DNA of 48,457 nucleotides from Actinomycetota bacterium. Lineage in GTDB: Bacteria > Actinomycetota > Acidimicrobiia > Acidimicrobiales > Aldehydirespiratoraceae. The stretch is from positions 1-48,457 of the forward strand of contig JBCBYI010000001.1 in NCBI GenBank assembly GCA_039815945.1, written 5' to 3'. The translations under genes and the position numbers were made by a program. This document shows, piece by piece, positions 13,766 through 26,071 of the stretch; within the stretch, counting starts at the first letter, position 1; each line of letters begins with the position of its first letter. The notes beneath the pieces are model-generated. The model was not told the DNA's origin. It ran no database searches and saw only the letters and a list, made by a program, of their open reading frames with translations.

Positions 13766-14325
13766 GCGCGGCTCAGGTACTCGCCGCTGCGGGTGTCGAT
13801 CTTGACCTTCTCGCCGTTGTCGATGAACAACGGAACCTGGATGACGAGGCCCGTCTCCAGAGTCGCCGGCTTGGTGCCGCCCGACGACCGGTCGCCCTGC
13901 AGACCGGGCTCGGTGAACTCGATCGTGAGCTCGACCGCGGCCGGGAGGTCGGTACCGACGATCTCGGTGCCGAACATCTCGAGCACGACCGACGAACCGT
14001 CGATGATGTAGTTACCGGCGTCGCCGAGCGCCTCGGGCGTGACGTTGATCTGGTCGTACGTCTCGGAATCCATGAAGACGTAGTCGTCGCCGTCGCGGTA
14101 CAGGAAGCTGAAGTCGCGCTTGTCGATCGTGGCCCGCTCGACCTTCTCGCCGGCGCGGAACGTGCGCTCTACCGTGCCACCCGCTCGGACGTTGCGGAGG
14201 TTGGTGCGGACGAACGCGTGGCCCTTGCCCGGCTTCACGTGCTGGAAGTCGACGACCTGGAAGAGCCCGTCGTCGAGCTCGAGCGTCATGCCGTTCTTCA
14301 GGTCGTTGGTGGTGATGGTGGGCAT
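13762..14325 (-). CDS. efp: translation elongation factor P
   Basis: 187 aa. [30 protein letters not shown] and the C-terminal OB domains. AGGAA SD. Confidence 0.95.
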   Translation of the reverse strand: MPTITTNDLKNGMTLELDDGLFQVVDFQHVKPGKGHAFVRTNLRNVRAGGTVERTFRAGEKVERATIDKRDFSFLYRDGDDYVFMDSETYDQINVTPEALGDAGNYIIDGSSVVLEMFGTEIVGTDLPAAVELTIEFTEPGLQGDRSSGGTKPATLETGLVIQVPLFIDNGEKVKIDTRSGEYLSRA

Positions 14326-14334
14326 GGCGGATTC

Positions 14335-15429
14335 CTAGAGGCTGAGCTTGGGCGACAGGGTGAGAGGGCGACAGCCCGAGTCGGTGACCACGACGAGATC
14401 CTCGACCCGTACGCCACCCACGCCGGGGAGGTACACGCCGGGCTCGACCGTGAGCACCTGACCGGCCTGGAGGATAGCGGCGTTGTCCTTGCGGATGGAC
14501 GGAAGCTCGTGGATGTCGAGACCGACGCCGTGACCGGTTCCGTGGCTGAACGCGTCGCCGAGGCCGGCGTCGGCGATGACCGATCGGCAGGCGGCGTCGA
14601 TCGCCTTCGCCTCACGTCCGGGGGCGACGGTTGCGACACCGACAGCCTGGGCCTCGGTGACGAGGGGCAGGATCTCGCGGGCGACGTCGGCGGCCGCGTC
14701 GGGGCCGCCGATGACGAACGAGCGGGTCATGTCGCTGCGATAGCCGTCGACGAGTGCGCCGACATCGATGATCAACAGATCTCCGGTCTCGAAGGCCCGG
14801 TCGCTCGGGCGGGCGTGCGGCAGCGCGGCGTTGGGGCCGGATGCGACGATCGTCTCGTAGGCCGGACCGGAGGCACCCGCCACCCGCATCGTGTCGTCGA
14901 GCGCGAGGCCGAGTGCCCGCTCGGTCGTGCCGGGAATCCGCAACGATTCGGTCTCGGCGAGGGCGTGGTCGGCGATCGCGGCGGCGGCCTGGATGCGGGC
15001 GAGTTCGGCGGGGTCCTTCACGCTGCGCAGCTCGCGGATGAGGCCGGAGACCGGCACGAGTTCGATCTCGGACAGGGTCGACGCCCAGCGGCGCTGTTGA
15101 TCCCAGCTGACCACGTCGCCTTCGAGTGCGACCCGCGCTGCGCCGCCGAGCGATCCTGCGGCTCCGGCGACGAGATCTTGGCCGATCACCACTGTGACTG
15201 CGGCGCCGGCGGCCTCGAGCTGCGCCGGGGCCTGCGTGGCGTAGCGACCGTCGGTGGCGAGGACCGCCGCCCCCGCGGTGACCGCCACCAACCCGTTCGA
15301 GCCGGTGAATCCGGTGAGCCAGCGCACGCTGGGCAGGTCGACGACGACGAAGCCGTCGAGATCGCGCTCGGCCATAGCCGACCGCAGCGTGTCGATCCGG
15401 CCGGCGACGGTCAGCGGTGGCAGGGTCAT
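14335..15429 (-). CDS. pepQ: Xaa-Pro aminopeptidase/dipeptidase, M24B family
   Basis: 364 aa. Metal-ligand motifs [28 protein letters not shown] and VEPGVY...GVRVED. Confidence 0.88.
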   Translation of the reverse strand: MTLPPLTVAGRIDTLRSAMAERDLDGFVVVDLPSVRWLTGFTGSNGLVAVTAGAAVLATDGRYATQAPAQLEAAGAAVTVVIGQDLVAGAAGSLGGAARVALEGDVVSWDQQRRWASTLSEIELVPVSGLIRELRSVKDPAELARIQAAAAIADHALAETESLRIPGTTERALGLALDDTMRVAGASGPAYETIVASGPNAALPHARPSDRAFETGDLLIIDVGALVDGYRSDMTRSFVIGGPDAAADVAREILPLVTEAQAVGVATVAPGREAKAIDAACRSVIADAGLGDAFSHGTGHGVGLDIHELPSIRKDNAAILQAGQVLTVEPGVYLPGVGGVRVEDLVVVTDSGCRPLTLSPKLSL

Positions 15430-16430
15430 CGGACGGCGGCGAACGAGGCGGCCAGCACGTCGGGATCGATGCCGACGACCGTCTCCACCCCGTCGGGGCC
15501 GTCGAGCACGAAGGTCACGCCGTCGATCGCCTTCTTGTCGCGAGAGAACAGCGCCATCAGTTCGTCGTCGCCGAGGTGCTCGGGCACGGTGCTCTGCAGC
15601 TCGTAGGCGGCGAGCACCCGGTCGTGCTCGGCCAGGCGAGCGTCGTCGATGCGACCGAGACGATGGGCGACCTCGGCGGCGTACCGGATGCCGATGGCGA
15701 CGGCCTCGCCGTGCAGCAGGCCGTAGTCGCCGGCGGTCTCGATCGCGTGGGCGAGCGTGTGGCCGTAATTGAGGATCGCCCGTCGGCCGCCCTCGCGCTC
15801 ATCCGCGGTCACCACGTCGGCCTTGATCCGTACGCACGCGGCGACCCGCTCGTCGATCGGCAGCTTGTCGAGCTGACCGCCACCGAGGAAGTGATACTTG
15901 GCCAGCTCGCCCACACCACCCTGGTACTCGCGCCGGGGCAGCGTCTCCAGCGTCTCGGTGTCGCAGATGACAGCCGACGGCTGCCAGAACGCGCCGACGA
16001 GATTCTTGCCCTCCGGCAGGTTCACGCCGGTCTTGCCGCCGATAGCGGCGTCGATCTGGCCGAGCAGCGTCGTCGCAACGCTCACGAACCGGATGCCGCG
16101 GTGGTACACCGAGGCGGCGAACCCGCCGACGTCGGTGACGACACCGCCGCCCACCGCGACGATCGCGTCCTTGCGGGTGAAGCCGGCTCGGGCGAGCTGT
16201 CGGCAGACGTCCTCGATGACCGAGAGCGACTTGGCGGCCTCGCCGTCGGGCAGTTCGATGCGGATCGACTCGACGCCCGGGTCGACCGGCCAGGGAATGC
16301 CGGCCTGGGTGAGGACGGCGACGCGCTTGACGCCCGCGGGGATCACCGCGGCGAGTTCGGCGCGGGCGCCGTGGCCGACGAGGACGGGATAGCTGCGGTC
16401 GCCGAGGTCGACGGTGATCGTGATCGTCAC
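15426..16430 (-). CDS. aroB: 3-dehydroquinate synthase
   Basis: 334 aa. GGGVVTDVGGFAAS, NYGHTLAHAIE and HGEAVAIG motifs. GTG start. Confidence 0.9.
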   Translation of the reverse strand: MTITITVDLGDRSYPVLVGHGARAELAAVIPAGVKRVAVLTQAGIPWPVDPGVESIRIELPDGEAAKSLSVIEDVCRQLARAGFTRKDAIVAVGGGVVTDVGGFAASVYHRGIRFVSVATTLLGQIDAAIGGKTGVNLPEGKNLVGAFWQPSAVICDTETLETLPRREYQGGVGELAKYHFLGGGQLDKLPIDERVAACVRIKADVVTADEREGGRRAILNYGHTLAHAIETAGDYGLLHGEAVAIGIRYAAEVAHRLGRIDDARLAEHDRVLAAYELQSTVPEHLGDDELMALFSRDKKAIDGVTFVLDGPDGVETVVGIDPDVLAASFAAVR

Positions 16431-16437
16431 AGGGCCC

Positions 16438-16443
16438 AGGCTA
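16438..16443 (-). promoter_or_regulatory. -10 hexamer TAGCCT 7 nt upstream of the aroB GTG (leaderless-type promoter)
   Basis: Minus-strand GGCGCTCTAGCCT-GGGCCCT-GTG. The same 13-mer recurs upstream of tgt. Confidence 0.4.
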
Positions 16444-16450
16444 GAGCGCC

Positions 16451-17296
16451 TCAGCCCAGCACGGCGTCGGGATACAGCACCACGAACAACGCCCCTACGA
16501 TCAGGCCCGGACCGAGCGGAATCGCCTTGCGTCGCAGCGGCGTGGCTTCCTCACCGTCGTCGAGCGGATCAGGAAGGATGTCCGCGTCGACGAAGCGGCG
16601 CAGTCCGGTCACGATCAGCGAGAACGCCAGGTAGGCGAACATGCCGGTGAGCAGCGCCCAGAACGTGAGCCGGAACACCGTGCGGGTGTCGTCGTAGAAC
16701 GCACTCCCGATCCAGCCGGTGTGCAGCCCGAGCAGGAGCGCGAGCTTGACGTCGCCGAAGCCCATCGCCGCGGGCTTGATGAGGTGGAACACGAAAAGGA
16801 ACAGCGAGTAGCCGACCGCGGCGCCGAGCGCGCCGAGCAGGGCGTCGGGCCGCTCGAGTTCGAGGATCGACAGCACGGCCATGGCGATGAGCGACAGCCA
16901 GAACGCGGGGAAGACGAGCCGGTTCGGCAGCCGGTAGGCGTAAAGGTCGGTCGCCGACAGTGCGGCACCCGCCACGACCAGGATCAGGGGAACGGCGATC
17001 AGGAAATCGGTCTGGTCGTAGCGGAACGCGACCCACACGAACAGCACGGCGGTGGCGACCTCCACGATCGGATACCCGACCGTGATCGACGCACCACAGT
17101 GCCGGCATGAGCCACCGAGCCGGAGCCAGCTGAGCACCGGGATCGTGTCGACGATCGAGAGCGACGCACCGCACTGCGGGCACCGCGAGCCGAACCCGAG
17201 CGGGGTGTCGTCGAGGGTCCGGTCGGCGAGCATCGTGGCGAAGCCGCCGGCGAGCAGGCCGAACGGGATCGCGAGGATCACCAGGATCGTCTGCAT
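16451..17296 (-). CDS. prepilin (type IV leader) peptidase, A24 family
   Basis: 281 aa, polytopic. N-terminal CPQCG...CRHCG zinc-knuckle-like segment and GFGDVKLALLLG Asp motif. Confidence 0.85.
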   Translation of the reverse strand: MQTILVILAIPFGLLAGGFATMLADRTLDDTPLGFGSRCPQCGASLSIVDTIPVLSWLRLGGSCRHCGASITVGYPIVEVATAVLFVWVAFRYDQTDFLIAVPLILVVAGAALSATDLYAYRLPNRLVFPAFWLSLIAMAVLSILELERPDALLGALGAAVGYSLFLFVFHLIKPAAMGFGDVKLALLLGLHTGWIGSAFYDDTRTVFRLTFWALLTGMFAYLAFSLIVTGLRRFVDADILPDPLDDGEEATPLRRKAIPLGPGLIVGALFVVLYPDAVLG

Positions 17297-17340
17297 GGGA
17301 TGCCTCCTCGGCCGGACCCGTCAGGGACGGGCGAAACAGC

Positions 17341-18408
17341 TCAGGAGTCTACGGAACCGAGGAACTTGAGCAGGAGACCCCGGTTGACCGACCCGTCCTC
17401 GGCTTCGACGGCCGCCAGGGCGGCCTCGCGTTCGGCGTCGGTCGACGCCTTGGCGGCAGCGGCCACGGCCTTGGCGGCCTTAGGCGACAGGTTGGCGAGC
17501 TGGCGGGCCATCTCGGCGGGGTTGAGGTCATCGCCGTCGGCATCGGCCTCGGAGGCCTCCGCGAACAGGCCACCGGCGACGGGCGCCGGTTGCGCATGCC
17601 CGTTGGTCGACAGATCCTCCGAGGGCTCGAGCGCCGCGAGACTCGGCACCGTGCTCGGCGCGTCGTCGATGAAGGGCGCGGGCTCGGCGGGGACGATGTG
17701 GTCGACGAACTCGGTCTCCGGCTCGGGCTCGACGGTGTCGACCGCTTCGAGCTCGGACTCGAGTTCGGGTTCGGGTTCGGGTTCGGCGTCGATCTCGGGT
17801 TCCGCCGCCATCTCAGACGTGGGCACCTCGCGCTGGGGCTCGGGCTCGGCGAGGACAGGGGCATCGATCTTCTCGAGGAGCCCGAGTTCGATCATCTCCT
17901 TGACCAAGCGGCACGAGTCGACCTCGTTGAACTGGAGGGTCTCGGCGATCAGGCCGACCTGTACGCCGCTGCCGACGGCCGCGATGACCCGCCAGCGACT
18001 CGCGTCGACCATGACATCGGGGCCGTCGAGTTCGGGGCGCAGCGCGACCCAGACGTCGAGCGACGGCACGACCTCTTCGATCGAGCGCCACTCGATGAGC
18101 ATGTTCTCCGCACCGGCGAGGATCGGTTCCATCGGCGAGCCGTAGTCGGCGATCGGCGACGTGGCATCGGCCTCGAAGGTGAACGAGCCGACTTCGAATC
18201 GAAGCAGGCCGAACACGACGTCCTGGGCGGTGGGGTTGAGCGAGTTGATCGACGTCAGCTCCGACGCGACGATCTCGCCGTCGACGACCCAGACGCTGCC
18301 GGATCCGCGATTGCCCGACACCCGCAGCCGCCCCGTCTTCGCGGTGGACGCGAGGAGTCGGAGAACATCAGGAAGGGCAAAGGTGTCAAGCGTGCCCGAG
18401 AGCGCCAC
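17341..18408 (-). CDS. DUF4388-domain protein with an acidic Glu/Pro-rich linker
   Basis: Tracked ORF 17341..19086 overlaps aroE in its Arg-rich, noncoding-looking N-terminal part. GGAGG lies 5 nt upstream of GTG 18408, giving VALSGTLDTFALPDVLRLLASTAKTGRLRV (DUF4388-like). ATG 18441 is an alternative start. Confidence 0.7.
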   Translation of the reverse strand: MALSGTLDTFALPDVLRLLASTAKTGRLRVSGNRGSGSVWVVDGEIVASELTSINSLNPTAQDVVFGLLRFEVGSFTFEADATSPIADYGSPMEPILAGAENMLIEWRSIEEVVPSLDVWVALRPELDGPDVMVDASRWRVIAAVGSGVQVGLIAETLQFNEVDSCRLVKEMIELGLLEKIDAPVLAEPEPQREVPTSEMAAEPEIDAEPEPEPELESELEAVDTVEPEPETEFVDHIVPAEPAPFIDDAPSTVPSLAALEPSEDLSTNGHAQPAPVAGGLFAEASEADADGDDLNPAEMARQLANLSPKAAKAVAAAAKASTDAEREAALAAVEAEDGSVNRGLLLKFLGSVDS

Positions 18409-18503
18409 GGTGACCTCCGTCGTTGAGGAACACCTGACCATCGGCACGTTGCGACACCGAAGTGAGGACTCCGCTCGATCTTGTCCCGACGTTTCGGGGA
18501 GCC

Positions 18504-19328
18504 TCAGCCGATGACGTCGGCGACGCTCGCCCGCATGGCATCGATCGGCGCATCCTGGCCGACCCAGTGCTCGATCTGGATGGCCGCCTGATGCAGCAAC
18601 ATCCCGACGCCGTTGACCCCAGCGGCACCCACGGCCCGAGCCGCGTCGAGCCATGGCGTCGACAACGGCCGATAGATCAGATCGACGACCGTGTGGGCGT
18701 CGACGAAGAGATCCGCCGGCGACGGCAACGTCGCAGCGTCCATGCCGACCGACGTGGCGTTGACGACGATGTCGGCGTTGGCGATCGCGTCGACCGAGCC
18801 GACCCGGCCGACGGGGCTGGCGAGTTCGGCCGCGACCCGCGCCCGCGCCTCGGTGCGATTGACGACGACGATGTCGGCGGCCCCTGCCCGCCCGAGTGCT
18901 TCGATGACGGATCGGGCGGCACCCCCGGCGCCGAGCACCACGATGCGAGCGCCGGCCGGGTCCACACCGCTCTCGACCCGCAGACTCCGGACCAGGCCGT
19001 CGCCGTCGGTGTTGTGCGCGGTGACCACGCCGTCGTCGTTGACAAGGCAGTTGGCGGCCCCGAGCGCGTCGGCCTGCGGCGAGCACCGTTCGGCGGCGCG
19101 CAGCACGACGTCCTTGTGGGGCATCGTGACCGACAGGCCCCTGATGCCGAGGGTTCGCATCGCCTCGACGGCGGCCGCCGCATCACCATCGGCGACCGGG
19201 AATGCGAGCGATCGGGCGTCGACGCCGAGCGCGGCGAACGCAGCGTTGTGCAGCGTCGGTGAGAGCGAGTGCCGCACGGGATCGCCGATCACGCCGACCG
19301 TGACGGTGGCGCCGGTGATCGGGATCAT
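18504..19328 (-). CDS. aroE: shikimate dehydrogenase
   Basis: 274 aa. GVIGDPVRHSLSP, SVTMPHK, VLGAGGAARS and NRT motifs. Confidence 0.88.
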   Translation of the reverse strand: MIPITGATVTVGVIGDPVRHSLSPTLHNAAFAALGVDARSLAFPVADGDAAAAVEAMRTLGIRGLSVTMPHKDVVLRAAERCSPQADALGAANCLVNDDGVVTAHNTDGDGLVRSLRVESGVDPAGARIVVLGAGGAARSVIEALGRAGAADIVVVNRTEARARVAAELASPVGRVGSVDAIANADIVVNATSVGMDAATLPSPADLFVDAHTVVDLIYRPLSTPWLDAARAVGAAGVNGVGMLLHQAAIQIEHWVGQDAPIDAMRASVADVIG

Positions 19329-20839
19329 CCGCAGTAGCCGAGCTCGCGGCAGCGGACGACGGCCTGGTTGTGCTCCTCGAGCGTGACCGAGAACGCGTGC
19401 GCCCCGATGATGCCGTTCTCGTCGGTTCGGGCCCAGAAGATGTAGTCACCCTCGGCCGGGGCCAGCGCCGCTCGTAGGGCCGCCTCACCCGGCGCCGCGA
19501 TCGGCGTCGGTGGGATACCCGGAGTGGTGTAGGTGTTCCACGGAGACTCGGCGTCGAGATCGCTCTGGAACAACGGCTCGGTGAACGACTTGCCGGCCGC
19601 GTAGTAGACGGTGGCGTCGATCTGGAGCGGAATGCCCTGCGCGAGTCGGTTGTAGATCGCCCGCGCCATCAGCGGCCGATCGACGTCGACGCGAGCCTCA
19701 CGCTCGATCATCGACGCGATCACGATCACCTCGTAGTCGGACAGGCCGAGTTCGAGGATCGCCGAATCACGCCCGACCTCGCCGAGCAGGTTCTCGTACC
19801 GCTGGTCGAACGTGTCGGCCATGCGCTGCAGGAATCGGGCCTCGTCGGCGACGTCTTCCTCGGCGACGTCGTAGGTCGCAGGGAACAGCGTGCCCTCGAG
19901 TCGAAGATCGATCGGGACGGCCGGGTCCGCGTACTCGGAGACGAGGTTCGGGCTGCGCAGCGCGTCGAGCAGATCGGCCCGATCGAACTGGGAGTTCACC
20001 GCGAGCAGGCGCTCGACGAGTTCGGTGAGACGCAAGCCCTCGGGGATCGTGAAGTCGACGAAGATCTCCGGGACCGGGCCTTCGTCGAGGACGGCGACCG
20101 CCTCTTCGAAGGCGAGGTTCTGCTGGATCTCGTAGTCGCCGGCCTGGAAGGTGCGCTCGGCGTCGCAGCCGAGGAAGCCGGTGATCGACAGTTCGCCTTC
20201 GCATCGAAGCCAGTAGCGGAACACCGTGGCGTTGGAGATGACCCCCTCGTTCTCGAGCAGGGTGGCGACGTTGTTGGTCGACGCTCCCGACGGGATCGTC
20301 AGCTCGATCAGGTCACCCGGGTCGCCGTCGGGTTCGATCTGGGCATCGACCCAGTCGTAGATGCGCCCGCGAGCGGTGGTGACGAGCCAGATAGCCGCAA
20401 GCACGAACAGCGCGAGCCGCAGAAAGCCACCCCAGCTGGTGCGGTAGCGGACCCAGTTCTTGTCGTCGTAGTCGTAGCGGGGATCGACCATGGGCAGGGC
20501 CTGCGGGTCGTCCTCGAGGACGTACTCCACACCCTGCTCGTCGACACCGGCGACCAACACGGCGCCGGGCGGGGCCTGATGATCCGGCAGCGCCATCGGC
20601 ACGAACGGCTGCCCGGTCTGGTCGGTGAGTTGCTGGGGCGGGACCTCGGCCTTGGGCGGTGCCGCCGAGACCGGCCGGGCGACGCGGGTGACCGGACGGC
20701 GGGTGCGCGCCGGCGGATAGAGCGGCGCATCGCTGACGCTCGACGGTGGCGTGGGCGGTGGGGTCGGTTCGTTGTCGACCGCACCGGTGAGGAACGCCCC
20801 GAGCGACCGCTTCTTCTTGGAGGGTTGCTGATCGCTCAC
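19325..20839 (-). CDS. mltG: endolytic murein transglycosylase MltG (YceG-like) with a Pro-rich N-terminal extension
   Basis: YceG core (ASMIEREA, YNRLAQGIPLQIDATV, SPWNTYT..GIPPTPIAAPG). I place the start at GTG 20839, which overlaps the ruvX TGA (GTGA) and follows AGGAA. The tracked start 20896 would overlap ruvX by 61 nt. Confidence 0.87.
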   Translation of the reverse strand: MSDQQPSKKKRSLGAFLTGAVDNEPTPPPTPPSSVSDAPLYPPARTRRPVTRVARPVSAAPPKAEVPPQQLTDQTGQPFVPMALPDHQAPPGAVLVAGVDEQGVEYVLEDDPQALPMVDPRYDYDDKNWVRYRTSWGGFLRLALFVLAAIWLVTTARGRIYDWVDAQIEPDGDPGDLIELTIPSGASTNNVATLLENEGVISNATVFRYWLRCEGELSITGFLGCDAERTFQAGDYEIQQNLAFEEAVAVLDEGPVPEIFVDFTIPEGLRLTELVERLLAVNSQFDRADLLDALRSPNLVSEYADPAVPIDLRLEGTLFPATYDVAEEDVADEARFLQRMADTFDQRYENLLGEVGRDSAILELGLSDYEVIVIASMIEREARVDVDRPLMARAIYNRLAQGIPLQIDATVYYAAGKSFTEPLFQSDLDAESPWNTYTTPGIPPTPIAAPGEAALRAALAPAEGDYIFWARTDENGIIGAHAFSVTLEEHNQAVVRCRELGYCG

Positions 20840-21287
20840 TGGCCGTTCCTCGCGTCGGTACCCGGCCCGACCTGGGGCATGCCGGCGTCGAGCCACGACT
20901 GCAGCATCACCGACGCGGCGACCTTGTCGACGACCTGGCGGCGGTCCTGGGCGTTCATGTTCTGATCCATCAGGGCTCGCTCCGCGGAAACGGTCGTCAG
21001 CCGCTCATCGTAGAGAACGACGGGTACCCGGAGGGTGTCACCCAACGCCTTGGCTTCCGATGCGTACTTCTTGGCCATCGGACCGGCCGAACCGTCCATG
21101 TTGAACGGGAGCCCGACGACGACGATCTCGGCCTCCCACTCCTCGACGAGATCCGCGATCGCCCGGTGTTCGCGGGGTCGATCGCCCAGCCGAGGCAGCA
21201 CCTCGATCGGCATGGCGAGCGTGCCGGCACTGTCGCTCACCGCGACGCCGACGCGCTTTTGGCCCAGGTCGAGCCCGAGGGCCCGCA

Positions 21288-21288
<1 letters not shown>
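20836..21288 (-). CDS. ruvX: Holliday-junction-resolvase-like pre-16S rRNA nuclease RuvX/YqgF
   Basis: 150 aa. ALGLDLGQKRVGVAVSD and VVGLPFNMDGS motifs. Confidence 0.9.
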
Positions 21289-23876
<2,588 letters not shown>

Positions 23877-23919
23877 GAGGCGCTCAGCCTACCGGCGCGC
23901 CCGACCCGGAGAACCGGAT

Positions 23920-24261
23920 TCAGTCGCCGGCGCCGTGACGGGGCCGGAAGCTCTGCGTGGCCCGGCCCGGTCGGGCCATGCGACGAGCCGGCCCGGTGTG
24001 GAGGGCCTCGTCGCCGGCGAATTCGGCCAGCAGGTCGGCCTTCTCTGCCCGCATCGCCGTGAGCCCCTCGTTGGCAGCATCGCGGATGTCGACCATCGCC
24101 TCGCGGGCCTTGCCGGCGGCGCGTCGGCTTCGGTCGGCCACGTCGGCCCGGACCTGTTCGGGGGCGACGCGCTCCACCGTGCGTTTCACTCGCTTCTGCA
24201 CGTACAGACTCGTGCCGAGACCGACGGTGTACCCGGCGGCGGCCCAGAAGGTGCGCTTCAT
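23920..24261 (-). CDS. small conserved actinobacterial membrane protein (one N-terminal TM helix)
   Basis: 113 aa. MKRTFWAAAGYTVGLGTSLYV, then a charged helical region. 4-nt overlap with the upstream DUF948-like gene. High third-position GC. Confidence 0.6.
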   Translation of the reverse strand: MKRTFWAAAGYTVGLGTSLYVQKRVKRTVERVAPEQVRADVADRSRRAAGKAREAMVDIRDAANEGLTAMRAEKADLLAEFAGDEALHTGPARRMARPGRATQSFRPRHGAGD

Positions 24262-24677
24262 CGGAGTTCTCCTCGCGGCGTCGAACGGGTGGTACTGCGG
24301 ACGTCGATCGTGCCGCCCCGCCGGCGGGGGCGGGCGATGGCTCGGCCCGCCCGGCCAGCACCGGCCACGACCGACATCGCCCGGATCAGACCGGGGGCGA
24401 AGGCGCGATAGGCGAGCCGCGAGGCGACGTCGGCGGTGGCGGTGACCCGCTCGGCCCGATCGATCACGCCGTCGACGCGATCGAGTTCGTCGCTCGCCCG
24501 GTTGACCGTCGAGTGGAGGTCATCGACCATCGGCAGGGTGCTCGCCCGGAGTTCGTCGACGGTCTGGCGCAATTCCCGCAACGTGCGCACCAACGCCTGC
24601 ACGGCGAGCACCAGCACGACGACCACCGCGAGGCAGACGATCGTGACGATGACGGCGGCGAGATCGGTGGCGCTCAT
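24258..24677 (-). CDS. DUF948-like membrane protein (N-terminal TM helix plus coiled-coil)
   Basis: 139 aa. AAVIVTIVCLAVVVVLVLAV, then RTLRELRQTVDELRASTLPMVDDL. This architecture and its position upstream of alaS are typical of Actinobacteria. Confidence 0.68.
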   Translation of the reverse strand: MSATDLAAVIVTIVCLAVVVVLVLAVQALVRTLRELRQTVDELRASTLPMVDDLHSTVNRASDELDRVDGVIDRAERVTATADVASRLAYRAFAPGLIRAMSVVAGAGRAGRAIARPRRRGGTIDVRSTTRSTPRGELR

Positions 24678-24691
24678 CGCTGCTCAGTCAA

Positions 24692-26011
24692 TCACACGTC
24701 TCGCTTGATGCGGTCCGCGCGGTCAGGGTGGCCCGGCCACCACTGTCGCAGCCGACCCTCACGGCCGTGCACGGTCGGCTCGTAGAAGGCCCGACCGACC
24801 ATCTCGTCGGGCAGATACTGCTGATCGACGTGCCCCGAGGGGTCGTCGTGGGGGTAGCGGTAGCCGGCACCGTGACCGAGCGACTCGGCCCCCTTGTAGT
24901 GGGCGTCGCGGAGATGGGGCGGCACGTCGCCCGCTCCCGCCTCCCGGGCTGCGGCACGCGCGTCGAAGATCGCTCGCGTCACTCGATTCGACTTCGGCGA
25001 CGTGGCGAGGTGGATCGCCGCCTGGGCCAGGTTGAGCTGCGCCTCCGGCAACCCGACGAACTCGACGGCATGGGCCGCAGCCGTCGCCACCAACAGCGCC
25101 TGCGGATCGGCCATCCCGATGTCCTCCGAGGCGTGAATCACCATGCGTCGGGCGATGAACCGGGGGTCCTCCCCCGCCTCGAGCATGCGGGCCAGCCAGT
25201 AGACGGCGGCGTCGGCGTCGGAGCCGCGGATGCTCTTGATGAACGCGCTGATCACGTCGTAGTGACCGTCGCGGCCGTAGCGGACCGCCTTGGCGTCGAC
25301 CGCGCCCTCGGCGTCGCCGAGCGTGACGTGGATCGGCCGGCCTCGCGCGGCGGCCAACGCGACCGCCACCTCGGTGCTGGTCAGCGCATGCCGGCCGTCG
25401 CCGCCGGCTCGGGCGGCCAGGTGTTCGATCGCGTCGTCGTCGGCGCTCGCCCCCTCGACCTCGAGACCCCGCTGGATCAACTCGGCGATGTCGGTGTCGT
25501 CGAGGGCGTGCAGCCGAAACAGCGTCGAACGCGACATCAGCGGCGGGTTGACCTCGAAGTGGGGGTTCTCGGTGGTCGCACCGATCAAGACGATGAGGCC
25601 CTCCTCCACCGCCGGCAGCAGGGTGTCCTGCTGGGCCTTGTTGAAGCGGTGCACCTCGTCGAGGAAGAGGATCGTGCCCGTGCCCCGCTCCCCCAGCCGA
25701 TGACGAGCCGACGCGATCTCCTCGCGCACGTCCTTCACCGACGCCGTGACCGCCGAGAGTTCGACGAACACCTTCTCGGTGGTGGTCGCGATCAGTCGAG
25801 ACAGGCTGGTCTTGCCCGTGCCCGGCGGCCCCCAGAAGATCACCGACGACAGCCGGTCGCCTTCGATCAGGGCCCGCAGCGGCTTGCCGGGCGCAAGCAG
25901 GTGGCGCTGCCCAACGACATCATCGAGGTTGCGCGGCCGCAGCCGGGCCGCGAGCGGCGACCGTCCCGACAGCCGCTCCTCGGCGGCAGCGGCGAACAGG
26001 TCGTCGGCCAT
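24692..26011 (-). CDS. rarA: replication-associated recombination protein A (AAA+ ATPase RarA/MgsA)
   Basis: 439 aa. Walker A GPPGTGKTS, Walker B LFLDEVHRFNK and C-terminal MgsA motifs YWLARML..GEDPRFI and HLRDAHY. Confidence 0.93.
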   Translation of the reverse strand: MADDLFAAAAEERLSGRSPLAARLRPRNLDDVVGQRHLLAPGKPLRALIEGDRLSSVIFWGPPGTGKTSLSRLIATTTEKVFVELSAVTASVKDVREEIASARHRLGERGTGTILFLDEVHRFNKAQQDTLLPAVEEGLIVLIGATTENPHFEVNPPLMSRSTLFRLHALDDTDIAELIQRGLEVEGASADDDAIEHLAARAGGDGRHALTSTEVAVALAAARGRPIHVTLGDAEGAVDAKAVRYGRDGHYDVISAFIKSIRGSDADAAVYWLARMLEAGEDPRFIARRMVIHASEDIGMADPQALLVATAAAHAVEFVGLPEAQLNLAQAAIHLATSPKSNRVTRAIFDARAAAREAGAGDVPPHLRDAHYKGAESLGHGAGYRYPHDDPSGHVDQQYLPDEMVGRAFYEPTVHGREGRLRQWWPGHPDRADRIKRDV

Positions 26012-26071
26012 CGCCGGACCCTACCGCCGAGTTCCTCAGCCCGGCCGCAGACCTGCCGATGGGACACCGCT

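Noticed and set aside
17764-17787. The (TTCGGG)n microsatellite and other short periodic tracts, such as the GTCGTC runs at 35500-35530.
   Set aside because: They simply encode the Glu-Pro and Asp/Glu low-complexity tails of the DUF4388 protein and YajC. They are not independent elements.
18409-19086. N-terminal extensions of tracked ORFs: DUF4388 ORF to 19086, carB to 8707, pyrR to 12833, aspS to 28846, relA to 32604, secF to 34379, queA to 45709, ruvA to 48169 and mltG to 20896.
   Set aside because: The extensions are Arg-rich, overlap the upstream gene, and precede the point where the conserved N-terminus plus an SD, a -10 hexamer or a stop/start overlap is found. The starts were moved accordingly.
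23877-23919. T-box or riboswitch leaders upstream of the aminoacyl-tRNA synthetase genes (alaS, hisS, aspS), and a SAM riboswitch upstream of metK.
   Set aside because: The intergenic spaces are only 13-93 nt, far too short for these RNAs, and no specifier or T-box-like sequence was seen.
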